From assembly GCA_036496585.1 (NCBI GenBank), contig DASXLB010000004.1, positions 112,929 through 176,928 of the forward strand: a stretch of 64,000 bases of DNA, read 5' to 3'. The notes below the pieces were generated by a model, which worked only from the letters and a program-made list of their open reading frames with translations, made no database searches and was not told the DNA's origin. Shown one piece after another: positions 52,508 to 61,140 of the stretch. This DNA is from Vicinamibacterales bacterium (GTDB lineage Bacteria; Acidobacteriota; Vicinamibacteria; Vicinamibacterales; 2-12-FULL-66-21). How positions within the stretch are numbered: the first letter of the stretch is position 1; each line of letters opens with the position of its first letter. A program made the translations under genes and the position numbers.

Positions 52508-53688
52508 CGCTGGGGCGGGCCTTCACCGTCGTCGCGATGGCGGCCGCCGTGTCGGCGCAGTCGCCGCCGCGCACGGTCGTGGCGATCGGCACCGCGCTCG
52601 ACGGCAGGGGCGGTGTGCTCCACGACACCCGTCTCGTGATCGAGGGCGGCAGGATCGCCGCGATCGATCCCGACGCCGCGCCGATCGACATCGATCTGCG
52701 CAGTCGCGTGCTCATGCCCGGCTGGATCGACACGCACGTCCATCTCAACTGGCATTTCGACGATCGCCACGTGTCGGTCGCCGGTGGCGAGCCGGTGGAG
52801 CAGTCGGCGGTGTTCACCGCCGAGAATGCCTGGATCACCCTGCAGGGCGGCTTCACGACGGTGCAGAGCGTCGGCGCGGCGATCGAAGGGGTTGTCCGCG
52901 ACCGGGTGGAGCGCGGGCGTCTGCCGGGGCCGCGCATCCTCACGTCGCTGCGGCAGATCCAGGACCGCAGCGGGGATCCCGACCAGCTGCGCGCCCTGGT
53001 CCGACAGACGAAGCAGGAAGGGGCGGACGTCATCAAGCTGTTCGCGACCTCCGGTCTCGGCGCCGGCGGCGATCAGACAATGACCGATGCGCAGATCCAG
53101 GCCGTGTGCTCGGAGGCGAAGGCGGCCGGCCTGCGATCGGTCGTACACGCGATCGGTGATCCGGGGGCGAAGGCGGCGGTGCTCGCCGGCTGCACGTCGA
53201 TCGAGCACGGCACCTTCATCTCGAACGAGACGCTCGATCTGATGGCGGCGCGCGGCACCTACTTCGACCCCAACCTGCTGGTGCTGCACAACTATCTCGA
53301 CAACGGCGCCGGCTTTCCGACGTTCACCACGCAGACGCTCCAGACCATCGAGAAGGGGATCGCGCCGACGGCCGACGCGCTGCGGCGGGCGCGGGCGCGG
53401 CATGTGAAGATCGTGTTCGGCACCGACGCCGTCGCCGGCGCGCACGGACGCAACGCCGAGGAGTTCGTCTACCGGGTCAGGGAAGCCGGCGAAACGCCGG
53501 CCAACGTCCTGATCAGCGCGACCTCGCTCTCGGCCGAATCCCTGGGGCTCGGCGACCGGATCGGCGCCATCGCGATCGGCTACGAGGCTGACCTGGTCGC
53601 CACCGAGGGCAATCCGCTCGATGACATCACCGCGGTCCGCCGCGTCAGGTTCGTGATGAAGCGGGGACAGGTCTACAGGAACCAATGA
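52471..53688 (+). CDS. Secreted amidohydrolase family protein
   Basis: 405-aa track ORF. The GTG start overlaps ybjQ by 37 nt (start uncertain; ATG 52537 is an alternative). HxH motif in [13 protein letters not shown]. Confidence 0.82.
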   Translation: MLRNRRHRRTHVALGRAFTVVAMAAAVSAQSPPRTVVAIGTALDGRGGVLHDTRLVIEGGRIAAIDPDAAPIDIDLRSRVLMPGWIDTHVHLNWHFDDRHVSVAGGEPVEQSAVFTAENAWITLQGGFTTVQSVGAAIEGVVRDRVERGRLPGPRILTSLRQIQDRSGDPDQLRALVRQTKQEGADVIKLFATSGLGAGGDQTMTDAQIQAVCSEAKAAGLRSVVHAIGDPGAKAAVLAGCTSIEHGTFISNETLDLMAARGTYFDPNLLVLHNYLDNGAGFPTFTTQTLQTIEKGIAPTADALRRARARHVKIVFGTDAVAGAHGRNAEEFVYRVREAGETPANVLISATSLSAESLGLGDRIGAIAIGYEADLVATEGNPLDDITAVRRVRFVMKRGQVYRNQ

Positions 53689-55370
53689 CTCGCCTGACGC
53701 TGTCCGGCCTGCTCTGCGCGCTCGCCGTGCTGCGCCCCGCGGCGTCCGCCCTTCAGTCGCCCTTCGACGTCCTGATCGTCCACGGCCATGTCGTCGACGG
53801 CACCGGCTCGCCGTGGTACGCCGCCGACATCGGCATCCGCGGCGGGCGCATCGCGGCGATCGGGCATCTCGCCGGCCTGCCGGCGGCGCAGACGATCGAC
53901 GCCGGCGGACGGGTCGTCGCGCCTGGATTCATCGATCTGCTGGGCCAGTCCGAGCTGACCGTGCTCGTCGAGCCGACGCTGCCCTCCAAGATTTTCCAGG
54001 GCATCACCACCGAGATCACCGGCGAGGGGGGCTCGGTGGCGCCGCTCGACGCCGCGATCGTCGCGGCCGACAAGGTCACCTACGATCACTTCGGCATCGT
54101 GCCCGACTGGCGGAACCACGCGCAGTATTTCGCACGGGTCGAGAAGCAGGGCCTGGGCATCAACATGGCGCACTACGTCGGGGCGACCCAGGTGCGGCGG
54201 ATGGTGCTCGGGGACGCGGATCGGCAGCCGACGCCGGCCGACCTCGATCGCATGCGGGCGCTGGTGCGCGAGGCGATGGAGCAGGGGGCGGTCGGCGTGT
54301 CGACGTCGCTGCAGTACGCCCCGGCTCCCTACGCGAAGACGGAGGAACTGATCGCCCTCGCCTCCGAGGCGGCGAAGTACGGCGGCGTCTACGCGACGCA
54401 TTTGCGCTCGGAAGGCGATGCCGTGCTCGACGCGCTCGACGAGGCGATTCGGATCGGCCGCGAGGCGGGGATTCCGGTCGAAATCTGGCACGTCAAGGCC
54501 GCCGGCCGGCGCAACTGGGGCCGGATGAAGGAGATCGTCGCGAAGATCGACGAGGCGCGCCGACAGGGCGTCGACATCTCCGCCGACACCTATGGCTATG
54601 CCGCCTGGTTCAACTCGCTCTCCGCGTTCGTGCCGCCGTGGGCGCACGACGGCGGCGACGAGCGATTGATCGCACGGCTGAAGGATCCGGCCACCCGCGC
54701 GAAGATCCGCGCCGACATGACCAATCCCGACGACCGGTCGTGGGACAACGAATGGCAGGAGATTCCCGGACCGGAGTCGGTGCTGATCGGCGCCGTCCAG
54801 AACCCCGAGCTCAGGGGCATTCAAGGCAAGACTTTGAAAGATGCTGCGGGCGCCTGGAAGCTCGATCCAATCGATGCACTCTGTGAGATCCTGATCCGCG
54901 ATCACGCGTTCACGGAAGTGGCGGTGTTTGCGATGGCGGAAGGCGACGTGTCGATGGCGGTGGCGCAGCCGTGGGTCGCGTTCGACAACGACTCGCAGGG
55001 AACGGCGCCGACGGGGCGGCTCGGCCAGGAGCACCCGCATCCGCGCGCCTACGGCACCTTTCCACGCGTGCTGCGCAAGTTCGTCCGCGAAGACAAGCTG
55101 CTATCGCTCGAGGAGGCCATCCGCAAAATGAGCGCGCTCGCCGCCCAGAAGATGCGCCTCGCCGATCGCGGCGTGCTCAAGGCGGGGATCTGGGCCGACA
55201 TCGTCGTCTTCGACCCGGCGTCGGTGACCGACGTCGCGACGTTCGCCGAGCCGAACCAGCTGTCGAAGGGCATGGACGCGGTGCTGGTCAACGGCGTCCC
55301 GGTGATCGCCGGCGGCAAGGCGACCGGCGCATTGCCGGGCCGTGTTCTTCGCGGCGCCGGCACCCGATGA
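53685..55370 (+). CDS. N-acyl-D-amino-acid deacylase (D-aminoacylase) family protein, secreted
   Basis: 561-aa track ORF with ATGA overlap to the upstream gene. FDVLIVHGHVVDGTGSPWYAADIGIRGGRIAAIG...APGFIDLLGQSE is typical of the family. The usual HxH after GFID is replaced by LLG. Confidence 0.85.
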   Translation: MTRLTLSGLLCALAVLRPAASALQSPFDVLIVHGHVVDGTGSPWYAADIGIRGGRIAAIGHLAGLPAAQTIDAGGRVVAPGFIDLLGQSELTVLVEPTLPSKIFQGITTEITGEGGSVAPLDAAIVAADKVTYDHFGIVPDWRNHAQYFARVEKQGLGINMAHYVGATQVRRMVLGDADRQPTPADLDRMRALVREAMEQGAVGVSTSLQYAPAPYAKTEELIALASEAAKYGGVYATHLRSEGDAVLDALDEAIRIGREAGIPVEIWHVKAAGRRNWGRMKEIVAKIDEARRQGVDISADTYGYAAWFNSLSAFVPPWAHDGGDERLIARLKDPATRAKIRADMTNPDDRSWDNEWQEIPGPESVLIGAVQNPELRGIQGKTLKDAAGAWKLDPIDALCEILIRDHAFTEVAVFAMAEGDVSMAVAQPWVAFDNDSQGTAPTGRLGQEHPHPRAYGTFPRVLRKFVREDKLLSLEEAIRKMSALAAQKMRLADRGVLKAGIWADIVVFDPASVTDVATFAEPNQLSKGMDAVLVNGVPVIAGGKATGALPGRVLRGAGTR

Positions 55371-56344
55371 GCGCGCGGCTGTCGGCGGCGCTGGTCATCG
55401 CGCTCGTGTCGGTGTCGATCGCGCCGTCGGCTCAGGCACCGTTCCGGAGCGGGGCGCAGACGGTGGCCGTCTACACGACGGTGACCGACGCGGCCGGTGG
55501 CCTCGTCACCGATCTCGACAAGGACAAGTTCGAGATCTTCGACGACGGGAAGCCGCAGACGATCACCACCTTTGCCAGCGATCTCCAGCCGATCACGGTC
55601 GTGATGATGCTCGACCGCAGCGGCAGCATGGTCGGCAACTTCGGACTCGTGGAGAAGGCCGCGGAAACGTTCGTCGAACGGCTGTTGCCTGGCGACAAGG
55701 CGCGCATCGGCAGCTTCTCGAACCGTATCGAAGTCGATCCCCAGTCGTTCACCAACAGCAAGGAGGAGCTGACCGGTATCCTGCGCACCGAATTGCAGGA
55801 GGCCGGTCCGACGCCGCTCTGGAATGCCGTCGGCGTCGGCATGACGGGGCTGCTGCACGTGGAGGGGCGGCGTGTCGTGCTGGTCTTCACCGACGGCATG
55901 GACAACCCGATGAACGGCAGCCCGAACAATCTCTCGCTGAAGGGTGTGGCCAAGCGCGCCGACGAAGAGGACGTGATGGTCTACGCGATCGGGCTGGCGA
56001 GCGCCGAGGACGGATTCCATCGCGGCTACGGCGGATCCGGCGGCGGTCGTGGCTACGGCGGGTTCGGCGGGCGGGGCGGCGGCGGACGGGGCCGCGGCTA
56101 CACGGATCGCCCCGACCCCGGGCTGCAGACGCTCACGGCCGCCAGCGGCGGCGGCTATTTCGAGCTGACCAGGACCGCCGATCTGACGTCGACGTTCGCG
56201 CGCGTCGCCGACGAACTGCACCGCCAGTATCTGATCGGGTTCGTGCCGCAGAAGAACGACGGCAAGAGCCACCGGCTCGAAGTGCACGTCAAGGGCGACG
56301 GACTCGTCGCCCGCGCCCGCAAGAGCTACGTCGCTCCGAAGTGA
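55367..56344 (+). CDS. VWA domain protein of the acidobacterial TIGR03436-like type with an RGG/GY low-complexity insert
   Basis: In track ORF 54971..56344; ATG 55367 overlaps the upstream stop (ATGA). Signal peptide MSARLSAALVIALVSVSIAPSAQA. MIDAS-like MMLDRSGSM. C-terminal LHRQYLIGFVP...HRLEVHV. The insert is RGYGGSGGGRGYGGFGGRGGGGRGRGY. Confidence 0.88.
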   Translation: MSARLSAALVIALVSVSIAPSAQAPFRSGAQTVAVYTTVTDAAGGLVTDLDKDKFEIFDDGKPQTITTFASDLQPITVVMMLDRSGSMVGNFGLVEKAAETFVERLLPGDKARIGSFSNRIEVDPQSFTNSKEELTGILRTELQEAGPTPLWNAVGVGMTGLLHVEGRRVVLVFTDGMDNPMNGSPNNLSLKGVAKRADEEDVMVYAIGLASAEDGFHRGYGGSGGGRGYGGFGGRGGGGRGRGYTDRPDPGLQTLTAASGGGYFELTRTADLTSTFARVADELHRQYLIGFVPQKNDGKSHRLEVHVKGDGLVARARKSYVAPK

Positions 56345-56380
56345 GCCGCAGCGGAGGCGATCGCGCGGCCCTGCCTCGAA

Positions 56381-57238
56381 TCACGCTCTCTGCAATTGCA
56401 CGATCGCCGACCACGGGCGCTTCGGATTGCGCTGCTTCGGCTCCGGCAATGCGGCGAACAGCTTCAGCAGCCAGGGCAGCCGGTTCTGCGTGCGCGCCTC
56501 CTTCAACAGCGACTCGACCCGCACCGGCGTCCAGCCGAGCGGCCGGAAGAAGTCGGGTCCTTCAGCCGGAGCGAACTGGAAAGCGGCGCCGGCGTCGACA
56601 ATCGCCTGTCCGGTCTGCCGCGCCAGCACCTGCAACAAGCCCGGCGAGGCGACGTCGATCACCCAACGGCGGAACGAGGGCTGCGCCGCCACGTCGTGCG
56701 CCAGGGTGCTCACCTGCGCCGGAGACAGATAGATGAGCAGTCCCTCCGTGAGCACCAGCGCGTCGCGCGCGCCGACACTGACGGCAGCGAAGAACGCCTG
56801 CCGCGCCGCTTCGTCTGAGAGATCGAGGCGCACGCGCTCGAGCGCGCAGCGCGGGACGGCGTCGCCGAGCACCGCCTCCTTGTAGTCGAAGATAGCCGGC
56901 AGATCGACTTCGACCCATCGCAGCGCTGCCGGCAGCGGCATGCGGTAGGGGCGCGTGTCGAGGCCGGCCGCGAGATTGACGACGAGATCGACACCGGCGC
57001 CGATGGCGTCCTCGATCATCCGGTCGATCAGCGTCGTGCGGGCCACGAACGCCCAGGCGTTGCGGTCGCCGAACTGCGGAGACTTCGCGATCCGCGCCCC
57101 TCGCTCGCCGGCCAGCGCCCGCGCGTAGGGATCGTGGAAGTGCGCGTCCGGCCTCTCGCTCTCCACCGCCCGGTAGTGGGCGACCCAGACGGCGGTGTCG
57201 GAGATGTTGCGGACCGGGCGGTCGTCCGATGGCTCCAT
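56381..57238 (-). CDS. Class I SAM-dependent methyltransferase (leucine carboxyl methyltransferase / TIGR00027-like)
   Basis: Track ORF 56381..57244. ISDTAVWVAHYRAVESERPDAHFHDPYA...VVNLAAGLDTRPYR. Start moved to ATG 57238, which has TAGACT exactly 6 nt upstream; GTG 57244 is the alternative. Confidence 0.85.
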   Translation of the reverse strand: MEPSDDRPVRNISDTAVWVAHYRAVESERPDAHFHDPYARALAGERGARIAKSPQFGDRNAWAFVARTTLIDRMIEDAIGAGVDLVVNLAAGLDTRPYRMPLPAALRWVEVDLPAIFDYKEAVLGDAVPRCALERVRLDLSDEAARQAFFAAVSVGARDALVLTEGLLIYLSPAQVSTLAHDVAAQPSFRRWVIDVASPGLLQVLARQTGQAIVDAGAAFQFAPAEGPDFFRPLGWTPVRVESLLKEARTQNRLPWLLKLFAALPEPKQRNPKRPWSAIVQLQRA

Positions 57239-57244
57239 CCGCAC

Positions 57245-57250
57245 AGTCTA
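57245..57250 (-). promoter_or_regulatory. -10-like box TAGACT, 6 nt upstream of ATG 57238
   Basis: The reverse strand reads TAGACT GTGCGG ATG. Confidence 0.4.
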
Positions 57251-57277
57251 CGTCGCGAGGCCGTCCCGACGCGGTAT

Positions 57278-57318
57278 TCTGTCTCCCTCTTTCACAGACC
57301 TTGGCAGCAGGAGACAGA
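57278..57318 (+). promoter_or_regulatory. Inverted repeat TCTGTCTCC-N23-GGAGACAGA whose right arm contains the SD of the sortilin-like gene
   Basis: Perfect 9-bp arms, read directly from the sequence. The right arm ends 2 nt before GTG 57321. An alternative partner ACAGA sits at 57294-57298. Confidence 0.35.
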
Positions 57319-57320
57319 GC

Positions 57321-60023
57321 GTGAAACGATTCGTGTTCGGACTCGGCGCCGCCGGCGTGCTCGCGGCAGGTGCGTTTGCGACCGGCGCCGCAACGCAGGC
57401 GGCGGCGGTCGATCCGTCGCTCTACGGCGCGCTCAAGTGGCGGATGATCGGGCCTTTTCGCGCCGGCCGCGTCAACGCGGTGACCGGCGTGCCGGGCCAG
57501 CCGACGACGTTCTACTTCGGGTCGGTCGGCGGCGGTGTGTGGAAGTCGGCGAACAGCGGCCGCACCTGGGCGCCGATCTTCGACCGCGCCGGCGTCGCCT
57601 CGATCGGCGCGCTTGCGGTGGCGCCCTCGGATCCCGCCGTGCTCTACGTCGGCACCGGCGAGGCCGACATGCGCGATTCGATCCAGTTCGGCGACGGGGT
57701 GTACCGCTCGTCCGACGGCGGCGCCACCTGGAAGCACGTCGGTCTCGATTCGACGCGGCAAATCGGACGCGTCATCGTGCACCCGCGCGACCCGAACATC
57801 GTGTTCGTGGCCGCGCTGGGACACGTCTACGGCCCCAATCCCGATCGCGGTGTCTACCGGTCGAGGGACGGTGGCGGCACCTGGCAGAAGGTGCTCTTCA
57901 AGGGCGACAGCGTCGGCGCGATCGACATCGCCTTCGATCCGTCGAATCCGCAGACGCTCTACGCCGCGATGTGGGCCGTCCGCCGGCCGCCGTGGTTCAT
58001 CTACGCGCCGGCGAACCTTCCGGGCAGCGGGCTGTTCAAGTCGGCCGACGGCGGCACGACCTGGACGCAGCTGACCCACGGGCTTCCGACGGAAGGTCTC
58101 GGCCGCATGGGGATTGCGATCCCGGCCGCGAACCCGAAGCGGATCTACGTGATCGCCGACGCGAAGGAAGGCGGACTGTTCCGCTCGGACGATGCCGGCG
58201 CGAGCTTCGCCAGGATGTCGGGTGACACCCGCATCTGGCAGCGCGGCTGGTACTTCGAGAAGGTCACCGCCGACCCGAAGAACGCCGACGTCGTCTACGT
58301 GCCCAACACCGGCGTCTACCGGTCGGCTGACGGCGGCAAGAGCTGGGGCGCCCCAATCAAGGCGTCGCCGGGCGGCGACGACTATCACATGGTGTGGATC
58401 TCGCCCGACGACCCGAACCGCCTGATCGTCGGCGGCGACCAGGGGACGATCGTCTCGGTGGACGGCGCCCGCACGTGGAGTTCCTGGTATAACCAGGCGA
58501 CGGCCCAGCTCTATCACGTCGCGCCGGATTACCGCTTTCCCTACTGGCTCACCGCTGCGCAGCAGGACAGCGGTGCTGTCACGACGCCGTCGCGCGCCGC
58601 GATGGGCACGATCTCGATGCACCACTGGCTGCCGCTCTGCGCGGGCGGCGAAAGTGGCTACACCGCCCCCGATCCGCTGCACCCGGACATCGTGTTCGGC
58701 GGTACCGTCGAAAAATGCAACGTCGAGACCGGGGCGACCAGAAACGTCACCCCGGAGGTGCCGCGCGAAGGCGTGTCGTATCGGCACGCCTGGACGCAGC
58801 CACTCGTCTTCTCGCAGGCGGATCGCCGCGCGCTCTACTTCGCCAACCAGTTCGTCTACAAGACGACGGACGGCGGCGAGACGTGGACGAAGATCAGCGA
58901 CGACCTGACGCGTGAAGACCCCGGCGTGCCGCCGACTCTCGACGCCGCGGCGGCGGCCGACGCGCCGGAAGGAAAACGCCGCGGCGTCGTCTATACGCTG
59001 GCGCCGTCGCCCGTTCGTGCCGCGCTCGTCTGGGCCGGCACCGACGACGGCCTGGTGCAGGTGACGTCGGACGACGGCGGGACGTGGCAGAACGTGACCC
59101 CGCCCGAGCTGACCGCCTGGACCAAGGTGACGATGATCGAAGCGTCTCATTTCGACGCGATGACCGCCTACGTCGCCGTCGAGCGCCACCAGCTCGAGGA
59201 CTATGACCCGCATCTCTACCGCACGCGCGACGGCGGCAAGACGTGGCAGTCGATCACCGGAGGGCTGCCGCCGGGGGTGTACGCGCAGACTGTCAAGGAG
59301 GATCCGCAGAGCCGCGGGTTGCTGTTCTGCGGCACCGAACGCGCCGTCTACGTCTCCTTTGACGAGGGCGATTCCTGGCAGTCGCTGCAACTGAACCTGC
59401 CGGCCACGTCGATGCGCGATCTCGCCGTCAAGGGGGACGACCTTGTCGTCGCCACTCACGGTCGCGGCTTCTGGGTGCTCGACGACATCACCGCGCTGCG
59501 GCAGCTCGACGCGAAGTCGACTGCGGCCGCTGCGATTCTCTTCAGGCCGGCGGACGCCTACGACCTGCCGGCTCCGAGCGAACAGGGCACGCCGCTGCCG
59601 AAAGACGAACCGCAGGCGGAGAATCCGGCGTCGGGAGCGATCATCGACTTCTACCTGAAGTCGGCGTCCGAGGGTCCGGTGTCGCTCGAGATTCTCGACG
59701 CCGCCGGGGCGGTGATCCGGCGTTATGCCAGCGACGATCGTCCGCAGCCGCGCGATCCGGACACGCTCGCCGTCCAGACGATATGGGCGCCGAGTCCTGA
59801 GCCGCTGCCGTCGAGTGCGGGATTGCACCGCTGGGTCTGGGATCTGCGCCCGACGCCGCCGGCAGGTGGCCGTGGCCGCGGCGCGGGCGGAGGCGGTGGG
59901 GGCGGCGGCCGCGGCCGCGGCGCCAGTGTGGCGCATGGTGTCTATAGCGTTCGTTTGACGGTGAACGGCACCGCCTACACGCAGCCGCTCGTCGTCCATG
60001 CGGATCCGCGAGGAGGAGTCTGA
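57321..60023 (+). CDS. Sortilin/VPS10-like BNR (Asp-box) beta-propeller protein, secreted
   Basis: In track ORF 57195..60023. GTG 57321 follows GGAGA, with signal peptide VKRFVFGLGAAGVLAAGAFA. Repeated Asp-box-like motifs (SANSGRTW, SSDGGATW, SRDGGGTW, SADGGTTW, SDDAGASF, SADGGKSW, TTDGGETW, SDDGGTW, TRDGGKTW, FDEGDSW). Confidence 0.9.
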   Translation: MKRFVFGLGAAGVLAAGAFATGAATQAAAVDPSLYGALKWRMIGPFRAGRVNAVTGVPGQPTTFYFGSVGGGVWKSANSGRTWAPIFDRAGVASIGALAVAPSDPAVLYVGTGEADMRDSIQFGDGVYRSSDGGATWKHVGLDSTRQIGRVIVHPRDPNIVFVAALGHVYGPNPDRGVYRSRDGGGTWQKVLFKGDSVGAIDIAFDPSNPQTLYAAMWAVRRPPWFIYAPANLPGSGLFKSADGGTTWTQLTHGLPTEGLGRMGIAIPAANPKRIYVIADAKEGGLFRSDDAGASFARMSGDTRIWQRGWYFEKVTADPKNADVVYVPNTGVYRSADGGKSWGAPIKASPGGDDYHMVWISPDDPNRLIVGGDQGTIVSVDGARTWSSWYNQATAQLYHVAPDYRFPYWLTAAQQDSGAVTTPSRAAMGTISMHHWLPLCAGGESGYTAPDPLHPDIVFGGTVEKCNVETGATRNVTPEVPREGVSYRHAWTQPLVFSQADRRALYFANQFVYKTTDGGETWTKISDDLTREDPGVPPTLDAAAAADAPEGKRRGVVYTLAPSPVRAALVWAGTDDGLVQVTSDDGGTWQNVTPPELTAWTKVTMIEASHFDAMTAYVAVERHQLEDYDPHLYRTRDGGKTWQSITGGLPPGVYAQTVKEDPQSRGLLFCGTERAVYVSFDEGDSWQSLQLNLPATSMRDLAVKGDDLVVATHGRGFWVLDDITALRQLDAKSTAAAAILFRPADAYDLPAPSEQGTPLPKDEPQAENPASGAIIDFYLKSASEGPVSLEILDAAGAVIRRYASDDRPQPRDPDTLAVQTIWAPSPEPLPSSAGLHRWVWDLRPTPPAGGRGRGAGGGGGGGGRGRGASVAHGVYSVRLTVNGTAYTQPLVVHADPRGGV

Positions 60024-60159
60024 GAGACGCGAACGGCGAGGCGCGCGCGCCGACGATTCAGTAACTGAGCCACGCGATCCCCGCGTTCGGACTCGCCGAG
60101 CCGCCGCGCCGCATACGGCTGAGTGAAGGCGCCCGGGCCTGCGGTCGATAGGCCGATCG

Positions 60160-60984
60160 ATGGCTCCGGCGGCACCGCACGAGCAGCTCAGGCGCGCGCG
60201 CGCGCAGCGCGGCGAGGATCTCGCGGCACTGGCGAGTCGGACGGGACTGCGTCCACAGCACGCCCGCGCCATTGAAGAGGGGCGGTACGGCGACCTTCCG
60301 CCCGGGATCTACGGCCGGGCCGCGATCCGGTCGTTTGCCGCCGCCTACGCGCTCGACGCGGAGGCCGTGCTGGCCGACTGCGAACCGCTGCTGCCGCGCA
60401 TCGAGAACCCGATTGACGCGCTGGCGCGAAGGCGCGGCGTCGTCACCGTTTCCGCGGCCGCCCCGCCGGCGTCGGGCGCGTCCCGACAGCCGGCCTGGCA
60501 GCCGTTCGCGGCGGCGTCGCTCGATGGCGCGGTCAACGGCGCGCTGCTCCTGCTCGTCAGCGGCGGCGCCGCGATCCTGGCTCGCGTGTCGGTTGCCACC
60601 CTCCATCGTGCGTCGGCGCCGCTCCTGCTCGTCGGCCTGGTGCTCGGCCTGGGCTACTACGTGTGGCTGGGCGGGTTGAGCGGGACGACGCTCGGCGAGT
60701 ATGCCGTCGGACCCGAGCCGCGGCGGCGCGACCCGCGGCCGCTGACGCTGCGCGCGATCTTCCTTCGCACGCTGGCCGCTGCGACCGCCGACGCGCGGGC
60801 GATCCACCGCGCCGGCGCCTGGGTCGGCCGCTCGTTCACATCCGCTGGCGTGGCGGGTACCGATCGGCTGCCCGCGACTTCGCCTTCTCCGCCTCCACCG
60901 CGCGATCGCGAGGAGCGGCTGACGTGGTCAACGAGTCGACGAGCGTCCGTGCCGCCGCCGCCACTTCGTCCACGGCGCGGGTGA
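60160..60984 (+). CDS. HTH (RodZ/XRE-like) + RDD domain membrane protein
   Basis: 274-aa track ORF. N-terminal LRRARAQRGEDLAALASRTGLRPQHARAIEEGRYGDLP, and TM segments typical of RDD (AVNGALLLLVSGGAAIL, LLLVGLVLGLGYYVWLGG). The last 50 or so codons are Pro/Arg/Ser-rich and run antisense to the next gene. Confidence 0.7.
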   Translation: MAPAAPHEQLRRARAQRGEDLAALASRTGLRPQHARAIEEGRYGDLPPGIYGRAAIRSFAAAYALDAEAVLADCEPLLPRIENPIDALARRRGVVTVSAAAPPASGASRQPAWQPFAAASLDGAVNGALLLLVSGGAAILARVSVATLHRASAPLLLVGLVLGLGYYVWLGGLSGTTLGEYAVGPEPRRRDPRPLTLRAIFLRTLAAATADARAIHRAGAWVGRSFTSAGVAGTDRLPATSPSPPPPRDREERLTWSTSRRASVPPPPLRPRRG

Positions 60985-61117
60985 ACGCCTCTTCATTGGC
61001 TCTCGACGGCTTGCTGAAGCCGCTGATCTTGCGCACGAACTGCAGCGACGCCCCCCGTACTTCATCCTCGGTGACGGGCGGTTCGAAATTGAAGAGCGGC
61101 CGGATGTTGCGGCACAT
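60836..61117 (-). CDS. DUF2277 domain protein
   Basis: 93-aa track ORF. MCRNIRPLFNFEPPVTEDEVRGASLQFVRKISGFSKPSRANEEAF matches my recollection of the conserved DUF2277 N-terminus. Confidence 0.85.
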   Translation of the reverse strand: MCRNIRPLFNFEPPVTEDEVRGASLQFVRKISGFSKPSRANEEAFTRAVDEVAAAARTLVDSLTTSAAPRDRAVEAEKAKSRAADRYPPRQRM

Positions 61118-61123
61118 CCTTTT

Positions 61124-61129
61124 ACGTTA
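61124..61129 (-). promoter_or_regulatory. -10-like box TAACGT, 6 nt upstream of ATG 61117
   Basis: The reverse strand reads TAACGT AAAAGG ATG. AAAAGG could alternatively be a weak SD. Confidence 0.3.
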
Positions 61130-61140
61130 ACATCCCGCGC

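Noticed and set aside
56562-60272. 1236-aa minus-strand ORF.
   Set aside because: It is antisense to the sortilin/BNR-like gene, which has ten Asp-box repeats and a signal peptide. Its composition is Arg/Ala/Gly/Pro-biased with no recognisable motif.
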